From a virus (Duplodnaviria > Heunggongvirae > Uroviricota > Caudoviricetes): a stretch of DNA of 42,544 bases. Below are positions 28,124-37,946 of this stretch, one piece after another. Below the pieces are notes generated by a model, which made no database searches, was not told the origin of the DNA, and saw only the letters and a list, made by a program, of their open reading frames with translations. The position numbers were made by a program, and so were the translations under genes. Every line of letters starts with the position of its first letter. The first letter of the stretch is position 1. The stretch is taken from IMG/VR virus record IMGVR_UViG_2718218358_000001, positions 1 to 42,544 of that record. The stretch is one strand, 5' to 3'.

Positions 28124-29542
28124 ATGCCGATTCAGCAACTTCCGCTTATGAAAGGTGTCGGCAAAGACTTTAGAAACGCTGACTATATCGACTATCTGCC
28201 AGTGAATATGCTGGCTACACCCAAAGAAATACTCAACAGCAGCGGATATCTTCGCTCATTCCCGGGCATTGCCAAACGCTCTGATGTAAACGGTGTATCG
28301 CGCGGAGTCGAGTACAACATGGCGCAGAATGCTGTTTATCGCGTGTGTGGTGGCAAGCTGTACAAAGGCGAAAGTGAAGTCGGTGATGTTGCCGGAAGTG
28401 GTCGCGTATCAATGGCGCATGGTCGGACATCACAGGCGGTAGGCGTTAATGGTCAACTGGTCGAGTATCGCTATGATGGTACGGTTAAAACCGTCTCAAA
28501 CTGGCCTACAGACAGCGGATTCACACAGTATGAGTTAGGTTCAGTTCGCGACATTACGCGCTTACGTGGCCGTTATGCGTGGTCAAAAGACGGCACCGAT
28601 TCATGGTTTATCACTGACCTTGAAGACGAATCGCACCCTGACCGTTACAGCGCACAATATCGTGCCGAGTCTCAGCCGGACGGTATCATCGGTATCGGAA
28701 CATGGCGAGACTTCATCGTCTGTTTTGGTTCATCGACGATTGAATATTTTTCCCTGACAGGTGCAACCACTGTTGGTGCCGCTTTGTATGTCGCACAGCC
28801 ATCACTGATGGTGCAGAAAGGCATTGCCGGGACTTACTGCAAAACGCCATTCGCTGATTCGTATGCGTTCATCAGCAATCCGGCAACAGGTGCGCCGTCT
28901 GTATACATCATCGGCTCCGGTCAGGTGTCACCAATCGCCAGCGCGAGCATTGAGAAAATCCTCCGCTCCTACACTGCTGATGAACTGGCTGATGGTGTGA
29001 TGGAATCGCTGCGATTTGATGCTCATGAGTTGCTGATTATCCACCTTCCGCGCCATGTTCTCGTGTACGACGCATCTTCAAGCGCCAATGGTCCGCAATG
29101 GTGTGTGCTGAAAACAGGTCTGTATGACGATGTGTACCGCGCTATCGACTTCATTTACGAAGGCAATCAGATAACGTGCGGCGATAAACTGGAGTCCGTG
29201 ACCGGGAAATTGCAATTCGACATCAGCAGCCAGTACGACAAGCAACAGGAACACCTGCTGTTTACTCCACTGTTCAAAGCGGATAACGCCAGATGCTTCG
29301 ATCTGGAGGTGGAATCATCCACTGGCGTAGCTCAGTACGCCGACCGCCTGTTCCTCTCTGCAACCACTGACGGCATAAATTACGGGCGTGAGCAGATGAT
29401 TGAACAGAATGAACCGTTCGTTTACGACAAGCGTGTTTTGTGGAAGCGAGTAGGGCGCATCAGGAAAAACATTGGTTTCAAATTGCGCGTTATCACGAAG
29501 TCACCTGTCACTCTGTCTGGCGCTCAGATAAGGATTGAGTAA
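28124..29542 (+). CDS. tail accessory protein (P22 gp10 type)
   Basis: 472 aa; position and size as in P22. Confidence 0.8.
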   Translation: MPIQQLPLMKGVGKDFRNADYIDYLPVNMLATPKEILNSSGYLRSFPGIAKRSDVNGVSRGVEYNMAQNAVYRVCGGKLYKGESEVGDVAGSGRVSMAHGRTSQAVGVNGQLVEYRYDGTVKTVSNWPTDSGFTQYELGSVRDITRLRGRYAWSKDGTDSWFITDLEDESHPDRYSAQYRAESQPDGIIGIGTWRDFIVCFGSSTIEYFSLTGATTVGAALYVAQPSLMVQKGIAGTYCKTPFADSYAFISNPATGAPSVYIIGSGQVSPIASASIEKILRSYTADELADGVMESLRFDAHELLIIHLPRHVLVYDASSSANGPQWCVLKTGLYDDVYRAIDFIYEGNQITCGDKLESVTGKLQFDISSQYDKQQEHLLFTPLFKADNARCFDLEVESSTGVAQYADRLFLSATTDGINYGREQMIEQNEPFVYDKRVLWKRVGRIRKNIGFKLRVITKSPVTLSGAQIRIE

Positions 29543-30390
29543 TGGCGGATTCGAATCTCAATGTGCCGGTAATCATTCAGGCTACACGGCTCGACACATC
29601 AGTCCTTCCACGCAATATCTTCTCGCAGTCGTATCTGCTTTACGTTATCGCACAGGGCACTGATGTTGGTAACGTGGCTAACAAGGCCAACGAGGCCGGA
29701 CAGGGCGCTTATGATGCACAGGCCAGGAACGATGAGCAGGATGTGATTCTCGCTGACCATGAGCAGCGAATTTCTGCTGCGGAAGCAACGCTTGTTAATC
29801 ATGAGGAGCGAATCAGCCAGGCAGAATCAACTCTTCAGGAACATGAAACACGAATAGCTCAGAATGAAAGCGATATTGCGTCGCTTGATACCAGAGTTCA
29901 GTCGCTCGAATCGCAGGTTTCAGACCATGAAACGCGCATCGATGCTCTGGAGTATGCCACTACTCGCAAGAAGTCAGAGGTTGTTTACTCTGGCGTATCT
30001 GTAACCATCCCGACAGCGCCGACCAACCTTGTTAGCCTGCTGAAAACGCTCACGCCGTCATCCGGCACGTTGGCACCATTCTTCGACACCGTTAACAACA
30101 AGATGGTTGTGTTCAACGAGAACAAAACCTTGTTCTTCAAGCTGTCGATCGTCGGGACGTGGCCCAGCGGAACCGCCAACAGGTCAATGCAGCTAACATT
30201 TTCCGGCTCTGTTCCTGACACACTGGTCAGCAGTCGTAATGCGGCGACAACAACCGACAACATCCTGTTAGCTACGTTCTTCAGCGTGGATAAAGACGGC
30301 TTTCTTGCCACAAATGGCAGTACGTTAACCATTCAGTCGAATGGTGCGGCGTTTACTGCCACAACCATCAAGATAATCGCGGAGCAGTGA
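29542..30390 (+). CDS. tail needle (P22 gp26 type N-terminus with a longer, different C-terminal domain)
   Basis: N-terminus [43 protein letters not shown] matches remembered gp26; heptad coiled coil; 282 aa rather than about 233. Confidence 0.8.
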   Translation: MADSNLNVPVIIQATRLDTSVLPRNIFSQSYLLYVIAQGTDVGNVANKANEAGQGAYDAQARNDEQDVILADHEQRISAAEATLVNHEERISQAESTLQEHETRIAQNESDIASLDTRVQSLESQVSDHETRIDALEYATTRKKSEVVYSGVSVTIPTAPTNLVSLLKTLTPSSGTLAPFFDTVNNKMVVFNENKTLFFKLSIVGTWPSGTANRSMQLTFSGSVPDTLVSSRNAATTTDNILLATFFSVDKDGFLATNGSTLTIQSNGAAFTATTIKIIAEQ

Positions 30391-30845
30391 TGATTACATT
30401 CAAACCAACGCGAAACATCGACCTGATCGAAGCAGTCGGAAATCACCCTGACATTATTGCCGGGAGCAACAACGGTGATGGATACGACTACAAACCTGAT
30501 TGCCGTTACTTTGAGGTGAACGTGCACGGGCAGTTCGGCGGCATTGTTTACTATCAGGAGATTCAGCCGCTGACATTCGATTGCCACGCCATGTACCTGC
30601 CAGAGATTCGCGGCTTCAGCAAAGAAATAGGGCTGGCGTTCTGGCGATACATTCTGACTAACACCACCGTTCAGTGCGTCACATCGTTCGCCGCACGCAA
30701 ATTCCGCCACGGGCAGATTTACTGCGCAATGATTGGCCTTAAGCGTGTCGGAACCATCAAGAAATACTTTAAAGGCGTGGATGACGTGACTTTTTACAGC
30801 GCCACGCGCGAAGAACTAATCGACTTCCTGAATCACGGGAGATAG
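30390..30845 (+). CDS. tail accessory protein (P22 gp14 position)
   Basis: synteny after the tail needle gene; ATG overlaps the needle stop. Confidence 0.6.
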   Translation: MITFKPTRNIDLIEAVGNHPDIIAGSNNGDGYDYKPDCRYFEVNVHGQFGGIVYYQEIQPLTFDCHAMYLPEIRGFSKEIGLAFWRYILTNTTVQCVTSFAARKFRHGQIYCAMIGLKRVGTIKKYFKGVDDVTFYSATREELIDFLNHGR

Positions 30846-30847
30846 CC

Positions 30848-31540
30848 ATGTTATATGCATTTAAGCTGGGCAGAAAACTGCGCGGCGAGGAACCTTATTG
30901 CCCTGAAAAAGGCGGGAAAGGTGGTAGCTCTGATAAAAGCGCAAAGTATGCAGCAGAAGCCCAGAAGTATGCTGCAGACCTGCAAAATCAGCAGTGGCAG
31001 ACGATCATGAAAAACCTTGCTCCGTTCACGCCGCTTGCGGAGCAGTATGTTAACCAGTTGCAGAATCTTTCCAGTTTAGAAGGTCAGGGGCAGGCACTTA
31101 ATCAGTATTACAACTCTCAGCAGTATAAAGACCTTGCAGGTCAGGCGCGTTACCAGAGTCTTGCTTCTGCGGAGGCGACGGGTGGACTTGGTTCGACAGC
31201 CACAAGCAATCAACTGGCTACGATCGCGCCTACACTCGGTCAGTCGTGGTTATCAAACCAGATGAGCAATTACAACAATCTGGCAAACGTTGGGCTTGGT
31301 GCGCTGCAAGGTCAGGCAAACGCTGGGCAGACATACGCCAACAACATGAGCAGCATTGCACAGCAAAGTGCAGCACTTGCCGCTGCTAATGCCAATAAAC
31401 CATCAAGTCTTCAGACTGCAATTAGCGGCGGCACGTCTGGTGCGATTGCCGGTGCAGGTCTTGCCAGTCTTTTGGGAACATCAACGCCTTGGGGCGCTGG
31501 CATTGGTGCTGGTATCGGATTGCTTGGCTCGTTGTTTTAA
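30848..31540 (+). CDS. ejection protein (P22 gp7 position)
   Basis: 230 aa; Gln/Ala/Gly-rich with hydrophobic Gly-rich C-terminus; synteny. Confidence 0.75.
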   Translation: MLYAFKLGRKLRGEEPYCPEKGGKGGSSDKSAKYAAEAQKYAADLQNQQWQTIMKNLAPFTPLAEQYVNQLQNLSSLEGQGQALNQYYNSQQYKDLAGQARYQSLASAEATGGLGSTATSNQLATIAPTLGQSWLSNQMSNYNNLANVGLGALQGQANAGQTYANNMSSIAQQSAALAAANANKPSSLQTAISGGTSGAIAGAGLASLLGTSTPWGAGIGAGIGLLGSLF

Positions 31541-31549
31541 GGGGTAATC

Positions 31550-32920
31550 ATGGCTACTTGGCAAGGAACAAACGGCGGATTGTTGGCTGGTATCGGCGGC
31601 GTCAACTCAAACGCTCCGAGCGTAAATGACATCGGCAATACGCTTCAGCTTATCAGGCAGAACAATGATATTGAGCGTTCAGGCGCTAACAATGTTGGGC
31701 TGACTGCTTTGCAAGGCCTTTCAGGTATTGCGGGGGTGTTTCAGCAGGAAAAGCAGGCTCAGCGGCAGAAAGAATTTCAGCAGGCATACGCTAATGCTTA
31801 TGCTTCTGGTGATCGCGGTGCTTTGCGTCAGTTGGCTACTCAATATCCAGACCAGATTGAATCCGTTCGTAAAGGCATGGGATTCATTGATGAAGACCAG
31901 CGTAATTCTATCGGTACATTAGCGGCTGGCGCACGTCTTGCGTCATCTTCTCCAGAAGCAATGCAATCATGGCTGCAAAACAACGCCAATGAGCTGGCGC
32001 GCGTCGGTGTTGACCCTAATAACGTTGCTCAGATGTATCAGCAGAACCCTTCAGGATTTGGTGAGTTTGTTGATCACCTTGGGATGGCTGCTCTTGGTCC
32101 GATTGATTACTTCAATGTTCAGGACAAGATGGCTGGTCGTGAGATTGACCGAGGCAGACTGGCAGAGACAATCCGCAGCAATCAGGCTGGCGAGGCGCTA
32201 ACAGCGCGTGGTCAGAATATCACGATGCGCGGTCAGGATTTATCGATGCAGAGAGCATCAATGAAAGGGGCGGTTGGGAATAATGAGCGTACAGTTCAGT
32301 TAGCAGATGGCAGAACTGTAACGGTAGGCGGGAAGCTTCACGGCGCTGGGGCTAATGCGTTCTACGAAGGCATCGACAACGAGGGGAATATGGTTCGCGT
32401 TCCTGCTGGCTCTATTGCCGCTCCGGCTACATCGGCAGCAAGTGCGCAGAATTACGCAATGAAGAAAGATCTTGATGCAATTTCTGGTGCATCAATTGAC
32501 GATCTTGGCTTCATGACTGGCATTACAGGCTCTTCAGGTTCTCCTGCTCTTGGTGCAGATATTCGTAGCCGTGCATCTGGTGGTGATCAGAGGAAACTAT
32601 ACAACGCTGCACAGCGAATCCAAGGAAAGATGCAGAATCAGGGCATTGCAGCAGCCAGAGACATGGGGGCATCCGGTATCAACACCGTTGCAGAAGCAAA
32701 GATGTATTTTCAAGGTATGCCACAGGTTGATTTCTCAAGCCCTGAAGCACTGCAACAATCAATGCGCGACATTCAGCAATATACCGACAATTACAACCAG
32801 CAATATAACGTTAATGTCGGTAATGGAGGGAAGAAATCATCAATGCAACAGCCGCCTACTCAGCAATCAGCAGGAGGTAGCTACACCTCAAAATCAGGCA
32901 TTCAATTTACGGTGGAATGA
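31550..32920 (+). CDS. ejection protein (P22 gp20 position)
   Basis: 456 aa; synteny and size. Confidence 0.75.
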   Translation: MATWQGTNGGLLAGIGGVNSNAPSVNDIGNTLQLIRQNNDIERSGANNVGLTALQGLSGIAGVFQQEKQAQRQKEFQQAYANAYASGDRGALRQLATQYPDQIESVRKGMGFIDEDQRNSIGTLAAGARLASSSPEAMQSWLQNNANELARVGVDPNNVAQMYQQNPSGFGEFVDHLGMAALGPIDYFNVQDKMAGREIDRGRLAETIRSNQAGEALTARGQNITMRGQDLSMQRASMKGAVGNNERTVQLADGRTVTVGGKLHGAGANAFYEGIDNEGNMVRVPAGSIAAPATSAASAQNYAMKKDLDAISGASIDDLGFMTGITGSSGSPALGADIRSRASGGDQRKLYNAAQRIQGKMQNQGIAAARDMGASGINTVAEAKMYFQGMPQVDFSSPEALQQSMRDIQQYTDNYNQQYNVNVGNGGKKSSMQQPPTQQSAGGSYTSKSGIQFTVE

Positions 32921-34749
32921 TGAAAGTAACTGCAAACGGTAAGACATTTACCTTCCCTGATGGTACGAGCACCGAAGATATTGGCACCGCCATTGATGAG
33001 TATTTTGCTGGTCAGGCTGTTCAGCAACAAACAGTTAATCAGGCCAATAATGAACCAGCACGTGAAGAACCATCATTGATGCAACAAGCTGGCGATTGGC
33101 TCACAGGTGGTCAAAGTGCAGGGCAAATTGCAGAGCAGGCTGGTCGTGGTCTGGTAAACATACCATTTGACGTATTACAGGGCGGCGCAAGTCTGATTAA
33201 TGCAATCAGTCAGGGGCTTGGTGGCCCCAAGGTTTTGGATGACGTTTATCGTCCAGTAGACAGACCGACAGACCCCTACGCTCAAGCTGGAGAAACAATT
33301 GGCGGGTATTTAGTTCCAGGAGTTGGAACGGCAGGAAGCATGGCTATTGGATCACTGGCAGAGGCCGCAAATCAGAAAGGCGATTTCGCACAAAATGCAG
33401 CTAAAAATGCCGGAGTTAACCTTGCCGCTCAGGGGGTTCTTTCCGCAGCAGCAAAGGGAATAGGGCGTGGAATTACTGCTGTTCGTGGCGAAATATCACC
33501 AGCAGATCAGCAATTGCTCAAGCGTGCCGCTGCGGCAGATGTACCAGTTATGACATCGGATGTAGTTCCTCCAAAAACAAAACTTGGCAATCAACTGCAG
33601 GGTTACTCAGAAGGAGTCATAGCTGGGACTGGACCAATGAGAGCCGCACAGCAGGATGCTAGAACCAAGCTTGTTAATCGCTTCACCGAAAAATACGGCG
33701 ACTACGATCCATCTGTAGTCGTTGATAGTCTAAAGTCAGGCGTTGCAAGGGAAAAATCGTTAGCCAAGTCAAAACTAAACAACCTGTCAGGAAGAATGGT
33801 TGGAAAGCCAGTTGATACAAGTGGCGCCATAAGAGCTATCGACGGAGCAGTAAACGAACTTGGGAAACTTAAAGGTGTTTCTGACACCCAGACCATTTCT
33901 GCGCTTAATGATTATAAGAATGCCATTCAGGAGATAACAAATGGAGATGATGCCTTTGAGTTACTTGATAAGCTGAGAACTCAGTTCCGCATTGACGTAA
34001 AAGGCGATCGTACAGTTCTGCCATCAATGTCGCAAACAATGGTCGACAGGGTCTACAACTCGCTAACCAATAGCCTTAGTAAATCTATAGCGAAAGGACT
34101 TAGCCCAAAAGATGCTTCAGCATGGAGAGCGGGAAAAGCTGATTATGCAAAAATGGCAACACATGCAACTCAAACGCGCCTTAAAAACGTTCTAAACAAA
34201 GGAGATTTAACTCCCGAGGCTGTAAATACCATTGTGTATGGACAATATGGGTCAGATATAGCTCGATTGTACGGGAAACTCGATCAAAAAGGTAAAGACA
34301 TGCTAAGGGCGGCATATATCAGCAAAATAGCTGACAAGGTAGGTGACAGCCCTCAGAAAATGATGACCGAGCTTGGCAAGCTGCAAAAACAAGCAAATGG
34401 TCAGGTGTTTAAAACTGTATTTGGTGGGAAGAACGGAAAAGAGATAGAGGGGATGTTATCTATTCTCGATGCTACCAAAAGAGCATCTGAGGCTAATGTT
34501 GTGACGAAGACTGGCATGACACTCGCGCCTTTGGTAAGGGTTATTGGTAACCTAAAAACCGGAGGCGCGCTATTGGCAGGGGAAACAGGGATTGGCCTTA
34601 TGTCGAGGGTTTATGAAAGCCCTATGGCTAGGAATGCGCTCTTACGTCTGGCAAACACTAAAGCTGGAACGCCAGCTTATGAAAGAGCGTTAAGCAAAGC
34701 TGCAAATGCCATCAGACCGCTGCTTGCCACTGAGGCAACACAGCAGTGA
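32917..34749 (+). CDS. ejection protein (P22 gp16 position)
   Basis: 610 aa; synteny and size. Confidence 0.75.
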   Translation: MMKVTANGKTFTFPDGTSTEDIGTAIDEYFAGQAVQQQTVNQANNEPAREEPSLMQQAGDWLTGGQSAGQIAEQAGRGLVNIPFDVLQGGASLINAISQGLGGPKVLDDVYRPVDRPTDPYAQAGETIGGYLVPGVGTAGSMAIGSLAEAANQKGDFAQNAAKNAGVNLAAQGVLSAAAKGIGRGITAVRGEISPADQQLLKRAAAADVPVMTSDVVPPKTKLGNQLQGYSEGVIAGTGPMRAAQQDARTKLVNRFTEKYGDYDPSVVVDSLKSGVAREKSLAKSKLNNLSGRMVGKPVDTSGAIRAIDGAVNELGKLKGVSDTQTISALNDYKNAIQEITNGDDAFELLDKLRTQFRIDVKGDRTVLPSMSQTMVDRVYNSLTNSLSKSIAKGLSPKDASAWRAGKADYAKMATHATQTRLKNVLNKGDLTPEAVNTIVYGQYGSDIARLYGKLDQKGKDMLRAAYISKIADKVGDSPQKMMTELGKLQKQANGQVFKTVFGGKNGKEIEGMLSILDATKRASEANVVTKTGMTLAPLVRVIGNLKTGGALLAGETGIGLMSRVYESPMARNALLRLANTKAGTPAYERALSKAANAIRPLLATEATQQ

Positions 34750-34766
34750 CTAAATGCCATGGATGG

Positions 34767-34955
34767 TTATTTCCCTAGCACATGAAACAATGTTTGCTTT
34801 AATTCCACCCATACAATTATGACCACTATAGACAGACAAAAGAAACTGAATGCATTGGCATCACGATCGAAACCTTCTCCGGCACTAAATCCGTAAAAGG
34901 TCATAAAAAATATAAAAATTGCGCACTTTGCAACGTTTACAAATTTTTTCTTCAC
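34767..34955 (-). CDS. small membrane protein (62 aa, two predicted TM segments)
   Basis: GTG start preceded by a perfect AAGGAGG SD at 5-nt spacing; AT-rich island; convergent with gp16. Confidence 0.5.
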   Translation of the reverse strand: MKKKFVNVAKCAIFIFFMTFYGFSAGEGFDRDANAFSFFCLSIVVIIVWVELKQTLFHVLGK

Positions 34956-35329
34956 ACCAACCTCCTTAGTTTTGCTCAGGATACCAGATGATACTTTATT
35001 AGTGGAGTGGTGTGTGAAAACGTGTCAACGACAAACCATCCACAACTTGGACGAATGATTTAGCAAAAAGTGCTATTTTTGGTGTTTGGTGTCATAGAAA
35101 AGTGAATAGCTCACTTTTCAACATTGCATGAAACTTGCAGGAAATGTGACATTACCTTATAGGTAACTTCGGCGAAAATGCAGTAAATGTGAAATGTAAT
35201 GATTTAAACGTGTCGAGAAAGTGGTTGTAAGTTAGCCTCTGAAGGATTGATGACAGCTTTGTTATGGTATTAAATGCAACTTGACACAGTTGTATACATA
35301 GCTGCGGCTATCAAGATGGAGGTATGTTT

Positions 35330-35773
35330 ATGCTCACTTGTTTTGATGTCGCCGACTACTTCTTGGCGCATTGCGATGAAGAAAGTGGCGACATTATCTC
35401 TAACCTAAAAATTCAGAAGTTGACGTATTATGCCCAAGGGTTTTCTCTGGTTCTTCTGGGTAAGCCGCTATTTAATGAGAAAATTGAAGCCTGGATGCAT
35501 GGGCCAGTAGTTCCTGAATTGTATCGTAAATATAGGGACTGTGGTAACGGAGCTTTACCTGCGCCAGAAAACTTTGACGCTAAAAAATTCAGTGAAGATG
35601 AAATTGAATTGCTGGATGAGGTGTATAAAGTTTATGGTCAGTTTTCTGCCTGGAAACTGCGCAATATGACTCACGAAGAGCAGCCATGGAAAGATGCTTA
35701 CATTGAGGGTGCGGTTAGCCAAGAAATCACACTTGATTCTATGAAAGGTTTTTTCAAAACGTTAATTAACTGA
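35330..35773 (+). CDS. Panacea / DUF4065-domain protein (GepA/SocA/PanA-like putative antitoxin)
   Basis: motif KIQKLTYYAQGFSLVLLGKPLFNEKIEAWMHGPVVPELY; SD GGAGG 7 nt before the second ATG. Confidence 0.65.
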   Translation: MLTCFDVADYFLAHCDEESGDIISNLKIQKLTYYAQGFSLVLLGKPLFNEKIEAWMHGPVVPELYRKYRDCGNGALPAPENFDAKKFSEDEIELLDEVYKVYGQFSAWKLRNMTHEEQPWKDAYIEGAVSQEITLDSMKGFFKTLIN

Positions 35774-35778
35774 CGTGT

Positions 35779-36201
35779 ATGCCTAGAGTTAAGGGAAGAA
35801 TAAAACAGAGGGATAAAGAGAGCTCTGCTACTGTTGGCCTCTCTATCCATCACGAATCTCATGATGTAGACAAAAGTCCGCCTGTATTTTCTCTTAGATA
35901 CCTACAAAAGGGGTATTGCCTAGATTGCTGCCAAAAGCATGAAAAGGCAGCATTTGCAGATAGGCTGTTCAGGTTAAGTCAGATGTCATGGGATGAGATA
36001 CGAAAATCTGATAAACACGGGCTTGGGACGGAAAAAATTGCCAGAAACGCGATAAAGGCTCCGATTCCTAAGCATGTTACTCAAGATGTGGATTTCATTG
36101 CGTTCAGATTTTGCTCTAAGGCACCTATGGTTGGTTATAAGATAGGAGCCACTTTTTATGTCTTATGGCTCGACAGGGAGTTCAAGCTATACAAGCACTA
36201 A
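35779..36201 (+). CDS. unassigned 140-aa partner protein (candidate toxin/effector)
   Basis: starts 6 nt after the upstream stop (operon); no family recognised; followed directly by a terminator. Confidence 0.5.
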   Translation: MPRVKGRIKQRDKESSATVGLSIHHESHDVDKSPPVFSLRYLQKGYCLDCCQKHEKAAFADRLFRLSQMSWDEIRKSDKHGLGTEKIARNAIKAPIPKHVTQDVDFIAFRFCSKAPMVGYKIGATFYVLWLDREFKLYKH

Positions 36202-36202
36202 T

Positions 36203-36228
36203 AAAACCCACCGTCAGGTGGGTTTTTT
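36203..36228. terminator. bidirectional rho-independent terminator between the accessory cassette and mnt
   Basis: A-run, CCCACC-GTCA-GGTGGG, T-run. Confidence 0.55.
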
Positions 36229-36468
36229 ATCTTCTCCGTACATGCTGCTGAGAGTCTTAAGAAGAGCCTCCCTAAATTTTTCAGATTCTTGTTGAGCAAA
36301 ACCTTCTATTGATCTTGGTGATTTTTCTTCATCAATCGCGGCTTGCAAAATCATGACGATCTCGGAGTTAACAGAGCGACCATTTTTTGATGCTCTGACA
36401 GCAAGAGCCTCGCGTAAAGATTCAGGGATTCTTACCGTAGTTGGAGAAATTGACACACCTTTTGCCAT
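36214..36468 (-). CDS. mnt: Mnt-like ribbon-helix-helix repressor
   Basis: 84 aa; RHH N-terminus with NGRSVNSEIVMILQAAI resembles remembered P22 Mnt (ANGRSMNSELLQIVQDAL). Confidence 0.7.
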   Translation of the reverse strand: MAKGVSISPTTVRIPESLREALAVRASKNGRSVNSEIVMILQAAIDEEKSPRSIEGFAQQESEKFREALLKTLSSMYGEDKKPT

Positions 36469-36582
36469 ATCACACCTTTGGTATTCAATTTGATATCAAA
36501 GTGTATGCAAAAAAATTTTGACTAGATATACTCACTTTGCTATCTTTTGTATTCGAAAAGAGTTGTTTGTGTGGAGGGTAAC

Positions 36583-36735
36583 ATGGAGAAAGAAATAAGT
36601 AAGATTTTGGTAAGGATGCCGCAGTCGTTAAAGGATGCTATCGGTAGCAGGGCAAAGGAAGAGTGCAGGTCGTTTAACTCAGAGGTTATCAAGCGCCTGA
36701 TAGACAGCCTGAAGAGAGAGGGGGTAACGGTGTGA
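36583..36735 (+). CDS. arc: Arc-like ribbon-helix-helix repressor
   Basis: 50 aa from the ATG at 36583 with GGAGGG SD; RMPQSLKDAIGSRAKEECRSFNSEVIKRLIDSLKREG resembles P22 Arc. Confidence 0.7.
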   Translation: MEKEISKILVRMPQSLKDAIGSRAKEECRSFNSEVIKRLIDSLKREGVTV

Positions 36736-36967
36736 TTCGCTTGGATGCAGTAGTCAAAGAGATTGCGATTACCATTTTAAGACCAAATTTTGTTCATGGC
36801 GAATCATTTGGCACGAACGAAAAATTGAGAAGAGAAAGAGTATTCAGTGGCAAGCGCACGTTTTCAGAAGTGATGCTTGATGCGGCAAAGAAATCAAAAC
36901 AGTGAAGCCCCAACTGCGGGAACAGTCAGGGCTTCGGTATCAACAAATCGGATTAGGAAATATTGAC

Positions 36968-37846
36968 ATGAAAAGTATAGCAAAGGCACAAAACGATTTC
37001 ACCATCTTCAAATTCGGCGACAGTGAAATCCGCGTCATCAACAAGTGCGGTGAGCCGTGGTTTGTAGCAAAAGATGTTTGTGATGCTTTAACCCTGACTA
37101 ACTCACGCAAGGCGCTTACTGCACTTGATGACGATGAAAAGGGAGTAACTTTAAGTTACACCCTTGGTGGTGAGCAGAATCTAAGCATTGTGAGCGAATC
37201 AGGTATGTATACATTGGTTCTGCGCTGCCGCTATGCAGTCAATAAAGGTTCGGTCCCGCACAAATTCCGCAAGTGGGTAACAGCAGAAGTTCTGCCTTCA
37301 ATTCGCAAACATGGCGAGTATGTAAAAGGAAAGAAAACCACTGTTGATGACAGGACTCCGCTTCGTGATGCTGTAAATATGCTAGTCAGCAAAAAGCATC
37401 TAATGTACCCAGAAGCTTATGCAATGATTCATCAGCGTTTCAATGTGGAAAGTATTGAAGAGCTTGATGCATCTCAGATACCGCAAGCCGTAGAGTACAT
37501 CCACAGGGTAGTGCTTGAAGGTGAATTTATCGGCAAACAAGAGAAGAAAACCGACGAGCTTTCTGCAAAAGAAGCAAACAGCCTTGTATGGTTATGGGAT
37601 TATGCCAACCGCTCACAGGCATTATTCCGCGAATTGTATCCGGCGCTAAAACAAATTCAATCGAACTATTCCGGCAGATGTCATGACTGCGGTTATGAGT
37701 TCTCCCGTATTATCGATATGGCGAGAGACGTTTTAATCAATCACACACGAGATGTTGATATCAATGAGCCAGACGGACCAACGAATCTTTCCGCATGGAT
37801 GAGACTTAAGAATAAAGAATTACCTCCTTCAGTACATAACTACTGA
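36968..37846 (+). CDS. ant: antirepressor Ant (BRO-N/AntA N-terminal domain)
   Basis: [45 protein letters not shown]; position after arc as in P22 immI. Confidence 0.7.
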   Translation: MKSIAKAQNDFTIFKFGDSEIRVINKCGEPWFVAKDVCDALTLTNSRKALTALDDDEKGVTLSYTLGGEQNLSIVSESGMYTLVLRCRYAVNKGSVPHKFRKWVTAEVLPSIRKHGEYVKGKKTTVDDRTPLRDAVNMLVSKKHLMYPEAYAMIHQRFNVESIEELDASQIPQAVEYIHRVVLEGEFIGKQEKKTDELSAKEANSLVWLWDYANRSQALFRELYPALKQIQSNYSGRCHDCGYEFSRIIDMARDVLINHTRDVDINEPDGPTNLSAWMRLKNKELPPSVHNY

Positions 37847-37865
37847 CAGATAACCAACGCAACGA

Positions 37866-37888
37866 CCCAGCTTCGGCTGGGTTTTTTT
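37866..37888 (+). terminator. rho-independent terminator after ant
   Basis: CCCAGC-TTCG-GCTGGG followed by T7. Confidence 0.6.
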
Positions 37889-37946
37889 ATGCCCAAAATT
37901 CACCGTAGCCATGCTGCGGCGATTCCTTGTATCTGGAGCAAATTAA

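Noticed and set aside
20889-34749. Numerous antisense ORFs within the structural genes (for example 21561..21866, 22845..23279, 23859..24176, 24195..24476, 29985..30332, 30333..30710)
   Set aside because: They are embedded in the opposite strand of well-supported, syntenic P22-type genes and lack SD sequences; typical shadow ORFs.
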